From: Rhodothermales bacterium | Lineage (GTDB): Bacteria > Bacteroidota > Rhodothermia > Rhodothermales > JAHQVL01 | DNA: 64,000 nucleotides | Reading direction: 5' to 3' | NCBI GenBank assembly: GCA_041391505.1 | Contig: JAWKNW010000013.1 | Span: 77,255 to 141,254, forward strand | In this document: positions 63,654 to 64,000 of the stretch, piece by piece | Layout of the letters: the number at the start of each line of letters is the position of its first letter | Numbering within the stretch: position 1 is the first letter of the stretch | The notes under the pieces: generated by a model | Seen by the model: the letters and a program-made list of their open reading frames with translations, nothing else | The model's database searches: none | What the model was told of the DNA's origin: nothing | Position numbers and translations under genes: made by a program

Positions 63654-64000
63654 CTCTATATCGAGAAATGCTTTACATAGCGGCCTTAATCCTGACAGTA
63701 TCGCCGCCAGACCGGGGCATATTCAGTCGAAAGGTCGTTCCGACCCGGTCCAATATCAGAACAAAAGTCAAATCCTGCACATATTTAATGCGACGCTAAT
63801 GCAACATCGCAACGCGCCGATACAGCCATGGAGGCGCATCGTGCCCGGAAGGGACGGATTATCGGACCTGAGGGAACCCTTGATGCGTTCGCACGAACAA
63901 AACGCGTCTGCATTCCTCGCAGGGCGCGAGGAGTAGATACCGAAGGTGCGCTCGCCACCGATGCTTTGCGCCCTCTGGCCACCCACCCAGAGTTCGACCC

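Overview
GC-rich (mid-60s %GC by eye) bacterial chromosomal segment. Gene content suggests a Rhodothermota/Bacteroidota-like organism; this is inferred from GH92, DUF1080/PA14, ThuA, a haem-binding 'membrane-bound dehydrogenase', an OMP_b-brl-type barrel and many lipoprotein signals. I support about 46 protein genes. (1) 0-11.6 kb, housekeeping, mostly + strand: dinB, an MscS-family channel, yigZ, rnhA, obg, a frameshifted dprA, a class V aminotransferase, rluD, a ptsN-like EIIA, hisS, lgt, rlmB. (2) 11.6-22.2 kb, one long minus-strand run: a small low-GC gene, an M1-peptidase-like protein lacking its zinc site, a flippase-like protein, lolA, then an aminotransferase/SDR/Gfo-Idh-MocA/TIM-barrel/GH88-like sugar cluster. 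(3) 22.4-34.8 kb: a haem-c dehydrogenase, a priming sugar transferase, a hydrolase, a TIM-barrel isomerase, xylB, an S9 peptidase and a Zn-ADH. (4) 35.0-40.0 kb: a tight polyamine operon (deoxyhypusine-synthase-like, speA, aguB, aguA). (5) 40.1-54.3 kb: an island of exported sugar-oxidation and glycan modules (PQQ-type dehydrogenases, GH92, DUF1080-PA14, a propeller-azurin fusion, a ThuA-GSDH fusion, DUF5916). (6) 54.3-63.7 kb: membrane proteins, an EamA transporter, a beta-lactamase-fold/VanX-like fusion lipoprotein, an outer-membrane barrel and an SLC13 permease. I saw no rRNA, tRNA, CRISPR array, transposase, integrase, phage or recognisable defence genes, and I cannot honestly point to a novel defence or mobile 'system'. 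Four things are least explained by ordinary annotation. (i) A family of intergenic elements built from tandem 7/14-nt units (GGATGCR, GATTAGC, AGGATYW), mostly arranged as long imperfect palindromes, plus GTCATCCC/GGGATGAC hairpins. (ii) Paralogous beta-propeller dehydrogenase scaffolds fused to different electron carriers (haem c versus azurin-like copper), sitting among a 3-keto-glycoside-type toolkit. (iii) Unusual fusions and a pseudo-enzyme. (iv) A 1-nt deletion splitting dprA. All start sites were refined by eye from the ORF track and the nucleotide sequence. Family calls come from motif recognition, not from searches.
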